From: Myxococcales bacterium
Lineage (GTDB): Bacteria > Myxococcota_A > UBA9042
Length of the DNA: 64,000 bases
NCBI GenBank assembly: GCA_947491025.1
Contig: CANLIC010000004.1
Coordinates: 64,199 to 128,198, forward strand
Reading direction: 5' to 3'
Made by a program: the position numbers and the translations under genes. Position 1 is the stretch's first letter, and every line of letters begins with the position of its first letter. Under the pieces are notes generated by a model, which ran no database searches, was not told the origin of the DNA, and worked only from the letters and a program-made list of their open reading frames with translations. This document shows, one piece after another, positions 28,398 through 38,270 of this stretch.

Positions 28398-30412
28398 AGC
28401 GAATCGCCTTCGGCTTTGGACTTCTCACCGCGCGCGCCGCCTTTGCTCCGTCCGCCGACGACCTGGCGGTAGAAGGAGACGTAGGCCTTGATGGGCTGGT
28501 CCGTCGCCCGCCCGCCCGGAAAGCGGAGCCGCCGCATGCGGGATTCGACGCATTCGTGCATCGCCTCCGGCAGCTCCGACACCGCCTTGGCCTCCAGGAC
28601 CCGGCCGTCACCGCTGATCGTCAGCGTCGCGCCGACGCCGCTGTACGCCTTTCCGGCATCGCCGAAGCGCGTCACACACTGCATCATCTCGGACTTGGTC
28701 TTCTGCGCGACCTTGTCGACATGCTCGCTGGTGAGGTCTTCGACCGGCACGGCGAGCGGCGCTACGCCTGCAGCCTTGGCCTCCGCGATCTCGGCCTTGC
28801 GCTCTTCGGCCTTTCGCTTGCGCTCCGCGTCGACGAGCCGATTGTCCTTGCGCTCCCCTTCCGGCGGCAAAGTGGTCTCTTGGAGTCTAGTCTCGCTCGA
28901 CGCTCTGGCTTCAGCCAGCCGCGCCTTCAGGGCCTCGCGTTCCTCTGGCTTGGCCATCACGAAGTACCAGACCGCCGCGCTGCCGACCGCTGCCACCAGC
29001 ACCAAGAGCGCCACCGTGATCGACGACATGCGCTGGCGAACGGGCAGAGGCGCCGTCGTCGGGCCAGCGGGCCGCTGCGGGGTGTTCGGCCGCACGCCGG
29101 CCGGACCGCGCGGCGCCTGGGTTTGCTGCGCCACCGCCGCCGGCTGCGCCGCCACGGCACGCTCGGCGTCGCCAGCCTTGGGCGCCGGCTCAAAGGTCGA
29201 AGCATCGGCCGCGTCTGCGGCGCGCGGTCCCGGCTGCTGCAACGTCGCCTGCGCCGCCATCGCCTCGCGGTCGAAGGCCTGGGCCATCGCCGCCAGCTCG
29301 TCGGCGGTCGGGGACTGGCTCCGACGGCGCTCCCCCTTGGCTTCTGGGGGCGCGTTGGCACCCTCATGAGCGCCCGCCGCCGGCTCCGCACCGCGTGGGG
29401 CCTCCGCAGGGGATCGCGTCGATCCGCCACCCGACCCACCCGGAAGCGCCACCGTCTCCGGATCGTTGCTCACCATGGATTGGCCTTTGGCCGCTGGAAC
29501 GTGTGGACCATCCACGGTGCTGATGCTGGGCAGCTTCGCCGAGGTCGCACGGCGTCCGCGGCCGCCAGCCGCGTCCAAGACGTCCTCGAGCTGCTCGCGC
29601 ATGTCGTCAGCGTCGCGGAAGCGATTCCACGGCTCTTTCGCCAGCGCTTTCATGACGATATCCGCGAGTCCGGCCGGGAGCCCCTGCGGCGAGAGCTGGC
29701 GAACGTCGGGCGGCTGTGTCTGCATGTGGGCGACAATCATCGACATCGCGCTGGAGGCCTCGAAAGGCGCGCGGCCCGTCAGCATCTCGAAGAGGATGAT
29801 GCCGAGCGAATACAGGTCCGACCGGCCGTCCAGCGCCTCGGCGCGTCCCTGCTCTGGGCTCATGTACTTGGGTGTGCCGATCGCCAGCCCGGTGCGGGTC
29901 AGATCTTCTTCGACGCCCGGCTCGATCGATTTGGCGATGCCGAAGTCGATGAGCTTGACGAAGTCGTCATCGCCTTTGACCTTGATCAGGAAGATATTTC
30001 CTGGCTTCAGGTCGCGATGAACCAGGCCTGCCGCGTGGGCCTCCGAGAGGCTCTTCAGGACGCCGATGGCGACGTGGGCAGCCCGCAATGGATCGAGTGG
30101 CGCCTCGGCCTTGAGTACGAGCGACAGCTCCTCGCCGCGCAAGCGCTCCATCACGAGATAGAGCAGCCCGTCGTCGGTCTGACCGAAGTCGTAGACCCGC
30201 ACCGTGTTCGGGTGGCTCAGCTGGCTGCTGATCCGCGCCTCGTTGAGAAATCGCTTGACCTGCGTCGGGTCTGCAGCCACCTCGGGCCGCATCACCTTGA
30301 GCACGAGGTCCTGGCCCGTGATCGCATGCTTGCCAGCAAAGACCGCGCCGAAGCCGCCCTTGCCGAGCAGACCCTGGACCTCGTATCGGCCGCCGATCGT
30401 CCGGCCGACCAT
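28391..30412 (-). CDS. Ser/Thr protein kinase with TM segment and AgmX/PglI-type (TonB_C-like) C-terminal domain
   Basis: This is the internal part of ORF 28391..31789, starting at ATG 30412 (MVGRTIGGRYEV). GKGGFGAVF, VLKV, HRDLKPGNIF, DFG, GTPKYMSPEQ. TM helix ITVALLVLVAAVGSAAVWYFV. The two-Cys C-terminal module (..QCV..TLTISGDGRVLEA..ECVESRMRRLRFPGG..) is like the myxobacterial AgmX/PglI tail (family assignment is inference). Confidence 0.85.
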   Translation of the reverse strand: MVGRTIGGRYEVQGLLGKGGFGAVFAGKHAITGQDLVLKVMRPEVAADPTQVKRFLNEARISSQLSHPNTVRVYDFGQTDDGLLYLVMERLRGEELSLVLKAEAPLDPLRAAHVAIGVLKSLSEAHAAGLVHRDLKPGNIFLIKVKGDDDFVKLIDFGIAKSIEPGVEEDLTRTGLAIGTPKYMSPEQGRAEALDGRSDLYSLGIILFEMLTGRAPFEASSAMSMIVAHMQTQPPDVRQLSPQGLPAGLADIVMKALAKEPWNRFRDADDMREQLEDVLDAAGGRGRRATSAKLPSISTVDGPHVPAAKGQSMVSNDPETVALPGGSGGGSTRSPAEAPRGAEPAAGAHEGANAPPEAKGERRRSQSPTADELAAMAQAFDREAMAAQATLQQPGPRAADAADASTFEPAPKAGDAERAVAAQPAAVAQQTQAPRGPAGVRPNTPQRPAGPTTAPLPVRQRMSSITVALLVLVAAVGSAAVWYFVMAKPEEREALKARLAEARASSETRLQETTLPPEGERKDNRLVDAERKRKAEERKAEIAEAKAAGVAPLAVPVEDLTSEHVDKVAQKTKSEMMQCVTRFGDAGKAYSGVGATLTISGDGRVLEAKAVSELPEAMHECVESRMRRLRFPGGRATDQPIKAYVSFYRQVVGGRSKGGARGEKSKAEGDSLW

Positions 30413-30547
30413 CGCTTCATGCGGATCTCTGGGAATGGTGACGATAAGACACCTCCGTGGCACCGATGCTACGACGAAGTGGCGCCGCTGTTCAATGCGC
30501 CGCACGGCGCGTTGCCATCTGGTCTGCGTCGCCCTAAAATCGCCCCA

Positions 30548-33500
30548 ATGACCGCCACGGAGGGCCCCATGGTCGGCGAGCAAGTGCGTATGGCATCGGC
30601 CTCGGCGCTGCCTTGCGTACCCCTCGGAACCCGCGACTGGCCAGCAGAGTCGCTGGGCGGGGAGGACCCAGCTACCAGCGCGGGAGCGCCCGCCAGGCGC
30701 CACGCCCCCAGCCTGGTGGTGGCGCTTGTCATCTGCATGTCCGGTTGTGGTCTCGATGCCGTGGGCCCTGATCTCGACGCCTTCAAGACGGCGCAGGCTG
30801 CCGCAACGGATGGCGCCCAAGGCGGTGCGGACAGCGACGACGGCACCGTCGACGGTGGCGACAGCGAAATCGGCGGCGACGGCGACGCAGAGGTCGACGG
30901 TGGCTGCCAAGAGGCCAAGGCGTGCGACGACGGCGATCCCTGCACCACCGACGATGGCTGCAAGGGCAACGTCTGCGCCGGCGCCCCCAAATCGTGTGCG
31001 GACGACAACCTGTGCACCTCCGACAGCTGCAGCAGCGACGGGGCCTGTGTCCACTTTCCGCTCTCGGTGGGCGCCTGCGACGACGGCGACGCCTGCACCA
31101 CGGGTGACGTTTGCAAGAACGGCGCCTGCCAGCTCCTGCCGCTCGATTGCGGCGACGGCAACGCCTGCACCAGCGACGCTTGTGACAAAGGCAAGGGCTG
31201 CGTGCACTTGCCGATGAGCGCCACCTGCACCGACGGCGACGCCTGCACGCTCGACGACTGTGCCGCGGGTGCCTGCGCCACCACGGGCAAGCTCACCTGC
31301 GACGACGGCGCCGTCTGCACCAAGGACAGCTGCGAGGCGGCCACCGGTTGCACCCACACGCCTTTGAGCGCCGCGACCGCCTGCGACGATGGCAGCGCCT
31401 GCACCGTCCTCGATGCCTGCAAGGGCGGAGCGTGCGTCGGCATCGATCCCGCAGGCCCCCGCCATGAAGGCCAGGACATCTATGGGCAATGGGTGGCGGC
31501 GGTCGAGGGCGCAGAGGGCGCGCTGGCCATCGGATCGCAGGCCGTCGGGCTCGCCGCGGCTCCGCAGCCCGCCGTCGCGCGGCTCAGCGGACCGCAAGCG
31601 GCCAAATCCACGTCGCTGATCAACGGCTTGCCGCCGGCGACGCGGTTTCGTGCCGCCGCGACACCCCAAGATGCTGCGGTCGGTGTCGAGGCGGTCGCCA
31701 TCGCCGGAAAAGACAACAACACCGTGACTTTGCTGCACGTGCGACTGCTGCCAGATGCCAAGCTGCTGCAGGCGACTGCGCTTGATCAACCCATCGGAAC
31801 CGACGCTGCCGCGATTCTGCCGCTGCTACCCGCAGACAGCCTGCCCGCGGCCTTCCTTTTCGCCGGCGCGGCGCTGGTGCCGGACAAGGCGTCAGGCGCG
31901 GGCGCCACCGTGTCGCGGGCCCGCGTCTGGCGGCGCGACGTCGACGGCGGGCTCGCGCCCGTGGCCATCGACCTGCCCCCAGCCAGCTTGCGTGCCCTCG
32001 GCAACCACCCGCGCGGCGCCTTTGTCGCCGGTTGGGTCCAGGGCGACGGCGCGTCGCGGCCGGCGGCGGGCGTCCTCGATCGCGCTGGCCGACTCGCCCG
32101 ATGGCAGTGGCTCGAGGAGAATGGCCAAGGCGTCGTACAGACGCTCGTCAGTCACGACGTGAACGGCGCGCTCGCTGGCGGCGGCTTCGGCGTCGGCCAG
32201 GCTGGACACGCCACGTGGTGGCGCCTGGACGTACAGGGCAGGGTGCTGGCGCGCGGCCAGTTGCCCGCGCTCGGCCCGGCCGAGGTCATCGCCGGACACC
32301 CCTTGGGTCATCAGCGGGCGATGCTCCTCGTGCACACCGCCACAGGCGCGCCGCGCGCATTGCGCATCGGGCCGCAGGCCCGCATGGAAGCCTCATGGTC
32401 GGTGCTCGGCCCTGGCGATGCCCCGGCTGCGCTGGTGCCGACGACGGCCGGCGCGGGCATCGGCTGGTGGGTCGTCGGCCGTCAGGGCGGCAAGGGCGGC
32501 TTTGTCCCGGGCGCGGCGATCCTGCCGTCGTCGCCGGCGGCCGGTGCCGTCCCGCGCGCTGAGGTCCGCCATGGCTGGTTCGCCGCTGGCTGCTCGGGCG
32601 TGGGCGCCTGCGCAGTCGATCCGCTGCAGGGCTGCGACGACGGCCTGCCATGCACCGACGATGTCTGCGAAAAAGGGCCCGGTTGCTTGCACATCGGCCA
32701 CACCGACGTTTGCCTCGACGGGCAGGCATGCGCAGTCGGCGCCAAGTGCGCTCCGGGCGGTTGCCAGGGTGGCAAGCCGCGCCTTTTCGCGGTCGTCGCG
32801 CCGGCAGAGCGCTTCAGCAAGCGAACACCGGCGCAGATCGTCGCCGACAGCGATGGCGGCGCGACGGCGCTCATCACCGGGCTCTCCAAGTCCGCCGAGG
32901 GATACGCCACGCTCGTCCGCTTCGATGCCGCGGGCAAGGCCCAGTGGAGCGAGGTGATCCAGACGCTCCAGCCTTTCGATCTCGCCCTGGCCACCGCCGC
33001 CCCGGGCACGCCCGAGCCGGTGGTGCTTGTTGGGCAGCTCCAGGTCGGCGGGACCATCAAAGCCGCTGCCCAACGGCACGGGCCCGACGGGGCGCTGGTC
33101 TGGACCAAGTTTCCCGTCACCGCCAAGTTCTCGGGATGGCAGGCCGCACTCCGCGACGGCGCGCACACCCTCGCCGCCGGCGTCCATGCCGATGAAGGCG
33201 CGCAGCAATTCAAGGGCCACCTCGCCCTCATCGGCGCGGACGGCGCGCTGGCGGCCAACGTCATCGTGCCGCTCGCCAAAGACGCCGAGTCGATGTCCCT
33301 GACGGCCCTCGGCCGCATCGGCAACGGCAGCGTGGTCGTCGCCGGAGTCGAGACCACTGCCCAGGGCACTTTCGCCACCGTCCTGCGCCTCAGCCCCGCC
33401 CTCGCGCCCTTGGCTCGGCGCCGCCTCGGGCTGCAATCGACCGCCAACTTCGCCTTGCCAGTCAGGTTGCTGAGCCTCGACCATGGCCTGCTGGGCGTAC

Positions 33501-34228
33501 GGCGGGAGCCGCCCACCGGATCGCAAGACGTGACCGTGCTTGAGCCGGTCGCGCTCGCGCTGCAGCAGACACTGCCGCTTGTCGACGCCGGTAGCGATGC
33601 CGCGCTGCAGCTGCTGCGGTTGCACGACGGGGCCGTCGCGGCGGTGGGCACGCCCGACGGCAAGTCGGCGGCGGCCTTCGTGGTCGGCGTCGGCGGACCC
33701 TCTACGCCGCTATTTTCCCAGGAGATCCCGGGCGCCATCGCGCTGGCGGCAGGCGCTACCGTCCTGACCTCCGGCGACCTCTTCGTCGTGGCGCAGGCGA
33801 CCACCGGCAGCGACCAGATCTTGGCGCTCACCGCCCGCGTCGCGCCCAGCGGCGCCACCGAATGCCTCAGCGCCGGCGCCTGCGGCCAGAGCCCGGCGCG
33901 GCGTTGCGATGCCGGCACGCCCTGCGCGATCATCGCCTGTAGTGCCGCGACCTGTGGTGGCGGCAAGCCAGTCACGGCGTGCCTCGGCCCGCCCTGCATC
34001 GGCGGCGGGCTCTGCACGGGCGGCCTCTGCGATGGCCCCTCGAATCCCTTGCTGAAAGCGGCCTGCGACGACGGCAACCCCTGCACCCTCGACGTCTGCG
34101 ATCCCGGCCTCGGCTGCAGCAGCGCGACCTTGCCCGACGCGACGCCATGCGACGACGGCAAGGCCTGCAGCGCGTTCGACGCCTGTGAGGCTGGGGTCTG
34201 CGTGGGTGCGCCGCCGAACTGCCCTTGA
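30548..34228 (+). CDS. 1226-aa lipoprotein bracketed by myxobacterial Cys-rich repeats
   Basis: This is the 3' part of the 1958-aa ORF 28352..34228. The first 732 codons of that ORF are antisense to the kinase. ATG 30548; lipobox ICMSGC. About nine CxDGxxCTxDxC repeats at the N-terminus and two or three more at the C-terminus (CDDGNPCTLDVCDPGLGC, CDDGKACSAFDACEAGVC). The central region is about 750 aa and Ala/Gly-rich. Confidence 0.8.
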   Translation: MTATEGPMVGEQVRMASASALPCVPLGTRDWPAESLGGEDPATSAGAPARRHAPSLVVALVICMSGCGLDAVGPDLDAFKTAQAAATDGAQGGADSDDGTVDGGDSEIGGDGDAEVDGGCQEAKACDDGDPCTTDDGCKGNVCAGAPKSCADDNLCTSDSCSSDGACVHFPLSVGACDDGDACTTGDVCKNGACQLLPLDCGDGNACTSDACDKGKGCVHLPMSATCTDGDACTLDDCAAGACATTGKLTCDDGAVCTKDSCEAATGCTHTPLSAATACDDGSACTVLDACKGGACVGIDPAGPRHEGQDIYGQWVAAVEGAEGALAIGSQAVGLAAAPQPAVARLSGPQAAKSTSLINGLPPATRFRAAATPQDAAVGVEAVAIAGKDNNTVTLLHVRLLPDAKLLQATALDQPIGTDAAAILPLLPADSLPAAFLFAGAALVPDKASGAGATVSRARVWRRDVDGGLAPVAIDLPPASLRALGNHPRGAFVAGWVQGDGASRPAAGVLDRAGRLARWQWLEENGQGVVQTLVSHDVNGALAGGGFGVGQAGHATWWRLDVQGRVLARGQLPALGPAEVIAGHPLGHQRAMLLVHTATGAPRALRIGPQARMEASWSVLGPGDAPAALVPTTAGAGIGWWVVGRQGGKGGFVPGAAILPSSPAAGAVPRAEVRHGWFAAGCSGVGACAVDPLQGCDDGLPCTDDVCEKGPGCLHIGHTDVCLDGQACAVGAKCAPGGCQGGKPRLFAVVAPAERFSKRTPAQIVADSDGGATALITGLSKSAEGYATLVRFDAAGKAQWSEVIQTLQPFDLALATAAPGTPEPVVLVGQLQVGGTIKAAAQRHGPDGALVWTKFPVTAKFSGWQAALRDGAHTLAAGVHADEGAQQFKGHLALIGADGALAANVIVPLAKDAESMSLTALGRIGNGSVVVAGVETTAQGTFATVLRLSPALAPLARRRLGLQSTANFALPVRLLSLDHGLLGVRREPPTGSQDVTVLEPVALALQQTLPLVDAGSDAALQLLRLHDGAVAAVGTPDGKSAAAFVVGVGGPSTPLFSQEIPGAIALAAGATVLTSGDLFVVAQATTGSDQILALTARVAPSGATECLSAGACGQSPARRCDAGTPCAIIACSAATCGGGKPVTACLGPPCIGGGLCTGGLCDGPSNPLLKAACDDGNPCTLDVCDPGLGCSSATLPDATPCDDGKACSAFDACEAGVCVGAPPNCP

Positions 34229-34365
34229 TTCGCCGGCGCTGGCGCTCGCGTGCCCGCACCTGCAGGGCTGACCGAGTCGGGACTTGGCGAACGGGGATGG
34301 CGTCAGCCCGCGCGCTGCGCCATGATTCAACCCGCTTCGGCCTGCCAGGCCGCAAGGAGCCCGCC

Positions 34366-34899
34366 ATGACCTCCGCCGCTCTCCGTCGCATTCGCCTTCG
34401 CTGGCTCGTCTTGGCGCTCTGCCTTGCCCCCTCAGCTTGCTCCGGCAACCGCGAGGTGGTCATCGTCGACAACCACCCGGCCGCCCAGGCGCCGCGCAAC
34501 TTCGGCGTCTTGGCGCTCGGGATGCCCCTGTCTGAGCTCAAGCGCGAGGTCGAGGAGCGGGCTTGGACCCTGCAAGGGAGGTCCGAGCCTGACACCCAGC
34601 TCATCGTGGTGACGACCGCCGGAGATGCGGTCCTTCAGTATGGCGTCGTGGTAGAGGCCAGCAAGATCGTTCAGCTCTCCCTCGACTACAAGGACGCCGA
34701 CGACAGCCGCACCGAGCTGCGGCACAGCTATGCCGTGTCGAAGATCCAGCCCGACGGCGCCTGGGCGATGACGGACACCCACCGCCAGACTCTGGTGGTG
34801 GTGCGCGATCATGGCAAGCGCCTGGTGGCCATCGATCTCCAAGGATCCCGCGACCAAGACGGCGTGCGCGCCGTCATGCACAAGCTGCTCGGCGAGTGA
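34366..34899 (+). CDS. small lipoprotein
   Basis: ATG 34366 lies after AAGGAG. Signal peptide LVLALCLAPSAC. 177 aa. Confidence 0.6.
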   Translation: MTSAALRRIRLRWLVLALCLAPSACSGNREVVIVDNHPAAQAPRNFGVLALGMPLSELKREVEERAWTLQGRSEPDTQLIVVTTAGDAVLQYGVVVEASKIVQLSLDYKDADDSRTELRHSYAVSKIQPDGAWAMTDTHRQTLVVVRDHGKRLVAIDLQGSRDQDGVRAVMHKLLGE

Positions 34900-34969
34900 T
34901 GGCCGGCGCGCCGCCCCGCCCCGATGTGACGCCGCCTTCCTGCCAGCGGGGTTCTCTGAGGTGCGTGCC

Positions 34970-36094
34970 ATGACCGCAATCTTCTATGGATACGCCTTGT
35001 TTCTCCTCGAGTCGGTCACCGTCCTCGTGGCGCTTGGACTCGCTGGCCTCTGGCTGTCGAGCCGGAGCTTCGGCGGCGGTGGCGACGACGGCGACGAAGG
35101 GCGCATCCTCGTGCGCCGCCTCGACCTCGGCCTGCGGGAGCAGGTACGGCACCTGCGCTTCGCCGGCCTCGCGCCTGGCGAGCGGCGGCTCGCGGAGAAG
35201 GCCGAAGCTGCCGCCGATAAGCAGCGCGACAAGCTGGACAAGCAGCGGGCCTCCCGGGCGCTCGAAAAGGGCCGAAAGGAGCCGAGCGCGGGCGACGAAG
35301 CCAGCGGCGCTCCGTTGCCGTCCGAGGTCCAGGGCAGGGTGTTCGTGCTCGACTTCGTCGGCGATCTCGCGGCCCAGCAGGTGACGGGGCTGCGGGTCCT
35401 CATCGACAGCGTCATCGCTGCGTTTCGCCCGGGCGATGAGGTCCTGCTTCGCCTCGAGAGTCCGGGCGGTGCCGTCCACGGCTATGGGCTCGCCGGCGCG
35501 CAATTGGCTCGCCTGCGCGAGTCCGGCATCCCACTGACCATCGCGGTCGACAAGATCGCAGCTTCGGGCGGCTACATGATGGCCGTGGTCGGCAACTCCA
35601 TCGTGTGTGCACCCTTTGCCATGGTCGGCAGCATCGGGGTCGTCGCGACCTTGCCGAATTTCCACAAGCTCTTGCAGCGCCACGATGTGGACATCGAGCT
35701 GCACACCGCAGGCAAGTTCAAGCGCACGCTGACGGTCGTCGGCGAAAACACCGAGGAGGGGCGCCAGAAGTTTCGCGAGGACCTCGACGTCATTCACAGC
35801 GCCTTCCGCGACTGGGTCGGCCGCCACCGCCCGCAGCTCGATCTCGACCGCGTCAGCACAGGCGAGGTCTGGCTCGGCGAGCAGGCCGTGTCCCTCGGCC
35901 TCTGCGACAGCGTCGGCACCAGCGATGCATGGCTGCTCGCCCGCCGTGAACGACCGCTCCTGCATCTGCGATGGCAGAAAAAGCGCAATGTGGGTGAAAG
36001 GTTCGGCCTCGCAATCGCCGACGGCCTCAGCGGTGTCGCCGGTACGCTCGCCGACCGAGCGTGGGCACGGCTGGCGCGACGCGAGCCCTTCTAG
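34970..36094 (+). CDS. sohB: S49-family inner-membrane peptidase SohB
   Basis: This is the 3' part of ORF 34811..36094, starting at ATG 34970. Long collinear similarity to E. coli SohB as I recall it: VLDF.G......L...I......P.D.V.LRLESPGG.VHGYGLA..QL.RLR...IPLT..VDK.AASGGYMMA, IGVVA..PNF, DIELHTAG..KRTLT..GENTEEGR.KFRE. Confidence 0.9.
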   Translation: MTAIFYGYALFLLESVTVLVALGLAGLWLSSRSFGGGGDDGDEGRILVRRLDLGLREQVRHLRFAGLAPGERRLAEKAEAAADKQRDKLDKQRASRALEKGRKEPSAGDEASGAPLPSEVQGRVFVLDFVGDLAAQQVTGLRVLIDSVIAAFRPGDEVLLRLESPGGAVHGYGLAGAQLARLRESGIPLTIAVDKIAASGGYMMAVVGNSIVCAPFAMVGSIGVVATLPNFHKLLQRHDVDIELHTAGKFKRTLTVVGENTEEGRQKFREDLDVIHSAFRDWVGRHRPQLDLDRVSTGEVWLGEQAVSLGLCDSVGTSDAWLLARRERPLLHLRWQKKRNVGERFGLAIADGLSGVAGTLADRAWARLARREPF

Positions 36095-36448
36095 GCGATC
36101 CGCTGCACGTTGCGCCCTGCTGGCGACCTCGACCCGACTGCCAAGGCGCGACGGGCCTGGACGTCCGCGATGGGGCCCCGCCGTCCGCCGCCTGGCGCTG
36201 CACCTTGGCCCCAGCAATGCCTCGGCCGATCGGCGGAGAAACAGGACCGAGACACGCTCGCTCTGTCCTTGGCGCGCCGACGCGGACCTCGGGCCCCAAC
36301 GAGAACAAGTCGTCAACGAGGGCGCCAGGGCGCCCCCGTGGGCAAGGCGCTGCGACGCAGGAGTACCAGAGGTATTTCTAGGAGCCGCAACGCAGCTCAC
36401 GGGGATGCACTGGCGTCTGCAGCGATCGACTTGTTGAAGTTGGGGCCC

Positions 36449-37330
36449 TTAGTTCGAGGCGGTGCGGAAGCGGGCCATGGCGTCGTGGCGGATCTCAGCG
36501 TCGTCGAGGTTGGAGACCAGCGCCGCCAGCAGGTCGATCATCGACCGGGTCGCTGCGCCCGCCACGTGCTTGACCTCGTCGTGGTCGAGCAAGCCGCCCG
36601 TCATGCCGGCGCCCATGTTGGTGAGGCAGGACAGCCCGAGCACCCGCAGGCCGACGTGTCGCGCCGCGATGACCTCTGGCACGGTCGACATGCCTACCGC
36701 GTCCGCGCCCATGCCGCGCAACATGCGAATTTCAGCCGGCGTCTCGTACGAAGGACCGAGGACGCCGGCGTAGACCCCCTCGCGCAGCGGCAGGCCGAGG
36801 CCCTTCGCGATGACCAGTGCGCGCTGCCGTAGCTCGACGTCGTAGGCCACCGTCATGTCGGGAAAGCGCGGCCCGATGCGCTCGTCGTTCATGCCGATCA
36901 ACGGGTTGCCGCCGGTCAGGTTCAGGTGGTCCGAAATCAGCATCAGCTCGCCCGGCGCGAAGGCGGGATTGACCGCACCCGCCGCGTTGGTCACCGCCAG
37001 CGTGTGAACCCCCATCGCCGCAAGGAGCTGCACGGGGAACGCCACCAGCGAGGGCTCGTGTCCTTCGTAGCGGTGGATGCGGCCGGCCATGGCGATGATG
37101 TCGCGGTCATGCCAGCGGCCCACCACCATCCGGCCATCGTGCCCTGGCACCGTCGACATCGGCAGGTGCGGAATGTGGCGGTACGAGATCGAGCGCGCCG
37201 ATTCGATTTCGTTGGCCAGCGCGCCGAGACCGGAGCCGAGGATCAGGCCCACAGGGGCCTGCACCCGACCGATCGCTGACTCGATGACGCCCATAGACTC
37301 ACGAACTTGTGCCACAACCGAGAACGTCAT
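36449..37330 (-). CDS. purine nucleoside phosphorylase (trimeric PNP/MTAP family)
   Basis: ORF 36449..37552, with the start moved to ATG 37330 (MTFSVV..). Motifs GLILGSGLG, STVPGHDGRMV, GRIHRYEGH, VTNAAGA, GPSYETPAEIRM and GADAVGMSTVPEV. Confidence 0.9.
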   Translation of the reverse strand: MTFSVVAQVRESMGVIESAIGRVQAPVGLILGSGLGALANEIESARSISYRHIPHLPMSTVPGHDGRMVVGRWHDRDIIAMAGRIHRYEGHEPSLVAFPVQLLAAMGVHTLAVTNAAGAVNPAFAPGELMLISDHLNLTGGNPLIGMNDERIGPRFPDMTVAYDVELRQRALVIAKGLGLPLREGVYAGVLGPSYETPAEIRMLRGMGADAVGMSTVPEVIAARHVGLRVLGLSCLTNMGAGMTGGLLDHDEVKHVAGAATRSMIDLLAALVSNLDDAEIRHDAMARFRTASN

Positions 37331-37460
37331 GCTGGCTCTCCCGCTTGGTCGTATCCGCGCCGCCGCCAAAATGGTGGCGCGCCCGCGCCAACCCGCAGGA
37401 TCGCAGACGTTGCACGCCGACGCCAGATCTTCGCCGCCGGGCGCCCGAGGCGCCACGAAA

Positions 37461-38270
37461 TCAAAGGGAGTCGAAGGGATCGGTGCAGGACTTGCCTTCG
37501 ACGACAGCGCCGATGCGGCAGTACTTGATGTCGCCGATCCAGTCGGTCTCAAAGCCGGCGTAGAGCCCGAACGCCAGCAGATTCGGGCCCGACGTCAGAA
37601 AGTGGCCGGTGAACACGTCCGGCGCGACCCAGCCGAGTGCGCCCGCCGGCAAGACCTGGGTGGTGCTGAAGATGAGCCGCTCGCTCTTGAGCTCGGCGCC
37701 GTCGCTGCAGGCATACCAGCCGTCGACGCGGGCTTCCTCCATCGCCGCGCCCTCGCCGACGCGCGCTCGCAGGTGCCAGGTGTTGCCGTCGATGACGAGC
37801 ACCTCGCGGCGAGCCTTCGGGAGCGCCACGGTCGGGTCCTCGCTCTCGAAGTCGATCGCGCGCCAGCGCCCCTGCGCCACCGGGTCGCCGCCGCGACAGC
37901 GGTTGCAGGTGTAGGGCTTGCCGCCGACGGTCAGGCCCGTCCATGCGCGCTTGCAGCCATAGCTCCCGTCGTCGGGTGCCTCACAGCCCGGTGCACGCGT
38001 TGGCTCGCTGCCGCTCACCTGGGGGCAGGTCCACCACTTGCCGGCGCCGTCCGCCGCCTCGCCGTCCGCCGCGCCATCCCCGCCCGTCGCGGCGTCACCG
38101 CCATCGGCAGGCGCAGCGTCTGCCGCGTCGCCGCCGGCGCCATCGGCAGCGTCGGCTCCAGCGGCCCCTGGCTCCCCGCAGGCCAGCCCACCTGCGATCA
38201 GCGCCAGGGCGAGCGCCCGCCGGCTCCACGGGAGCGCGCCGTCTGTCGCACGGCGTTCTGGCCGGCTCAT
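37461..38270 (-). CDS. secreted/lipoprotein-like hypothetical protein
   Basis: ATGA overlap with the upstream peptidase gene. Signal ALALALIAGGLAC, an Asp/Ala/Gly-rich linker, then a Cys-containing globular domain. Confidence 0.6.
   Translation of the reverse strand: MSRPERRATDGALPWSRRALALALIAGGLACGEPGAAGADAADGAGGDAADAAPADGGDAATGGDGAADGEAADGAGKWWTCPQVSGSEPTRAPGCEAPDDGSYGCKRAWTGLTVGGKPYTCNRCRGGDPVAQGRWRAIDFESEDPTVALPKARREVLVIDGNTWHLRARVGEGAAMEEARVDGWYACSDGAELKSERLIFSTTQVLPAGALGWVAPDVFTGHFLTSGPNLLAFGLYAGFETDWIGDIKYCRIGAVVEGKSCTDPFDSL

Noticed and set aside
28352-30547. The first 732 codons of the 1958-aa ORF 28352..34228, which would make a single giant protein.
   Set aside because: This part is antisense to a well-supported Ser/Thr kinase and TPR gene and translates to low-complexity Arg/Leu/Gly sequence. 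A good ATG, signal peptide and lipobox occur at 30548.
36095-36448. The 354-bp convergent gap between sohB and the PNP gene as a possible small gene or RNA (ORFs 36061..36381 + and 36027..36308 -).
   Set aside because: The translations look like junk, and I found no T-loop, known RNA motif or convincing terminator. It is left unannotated.
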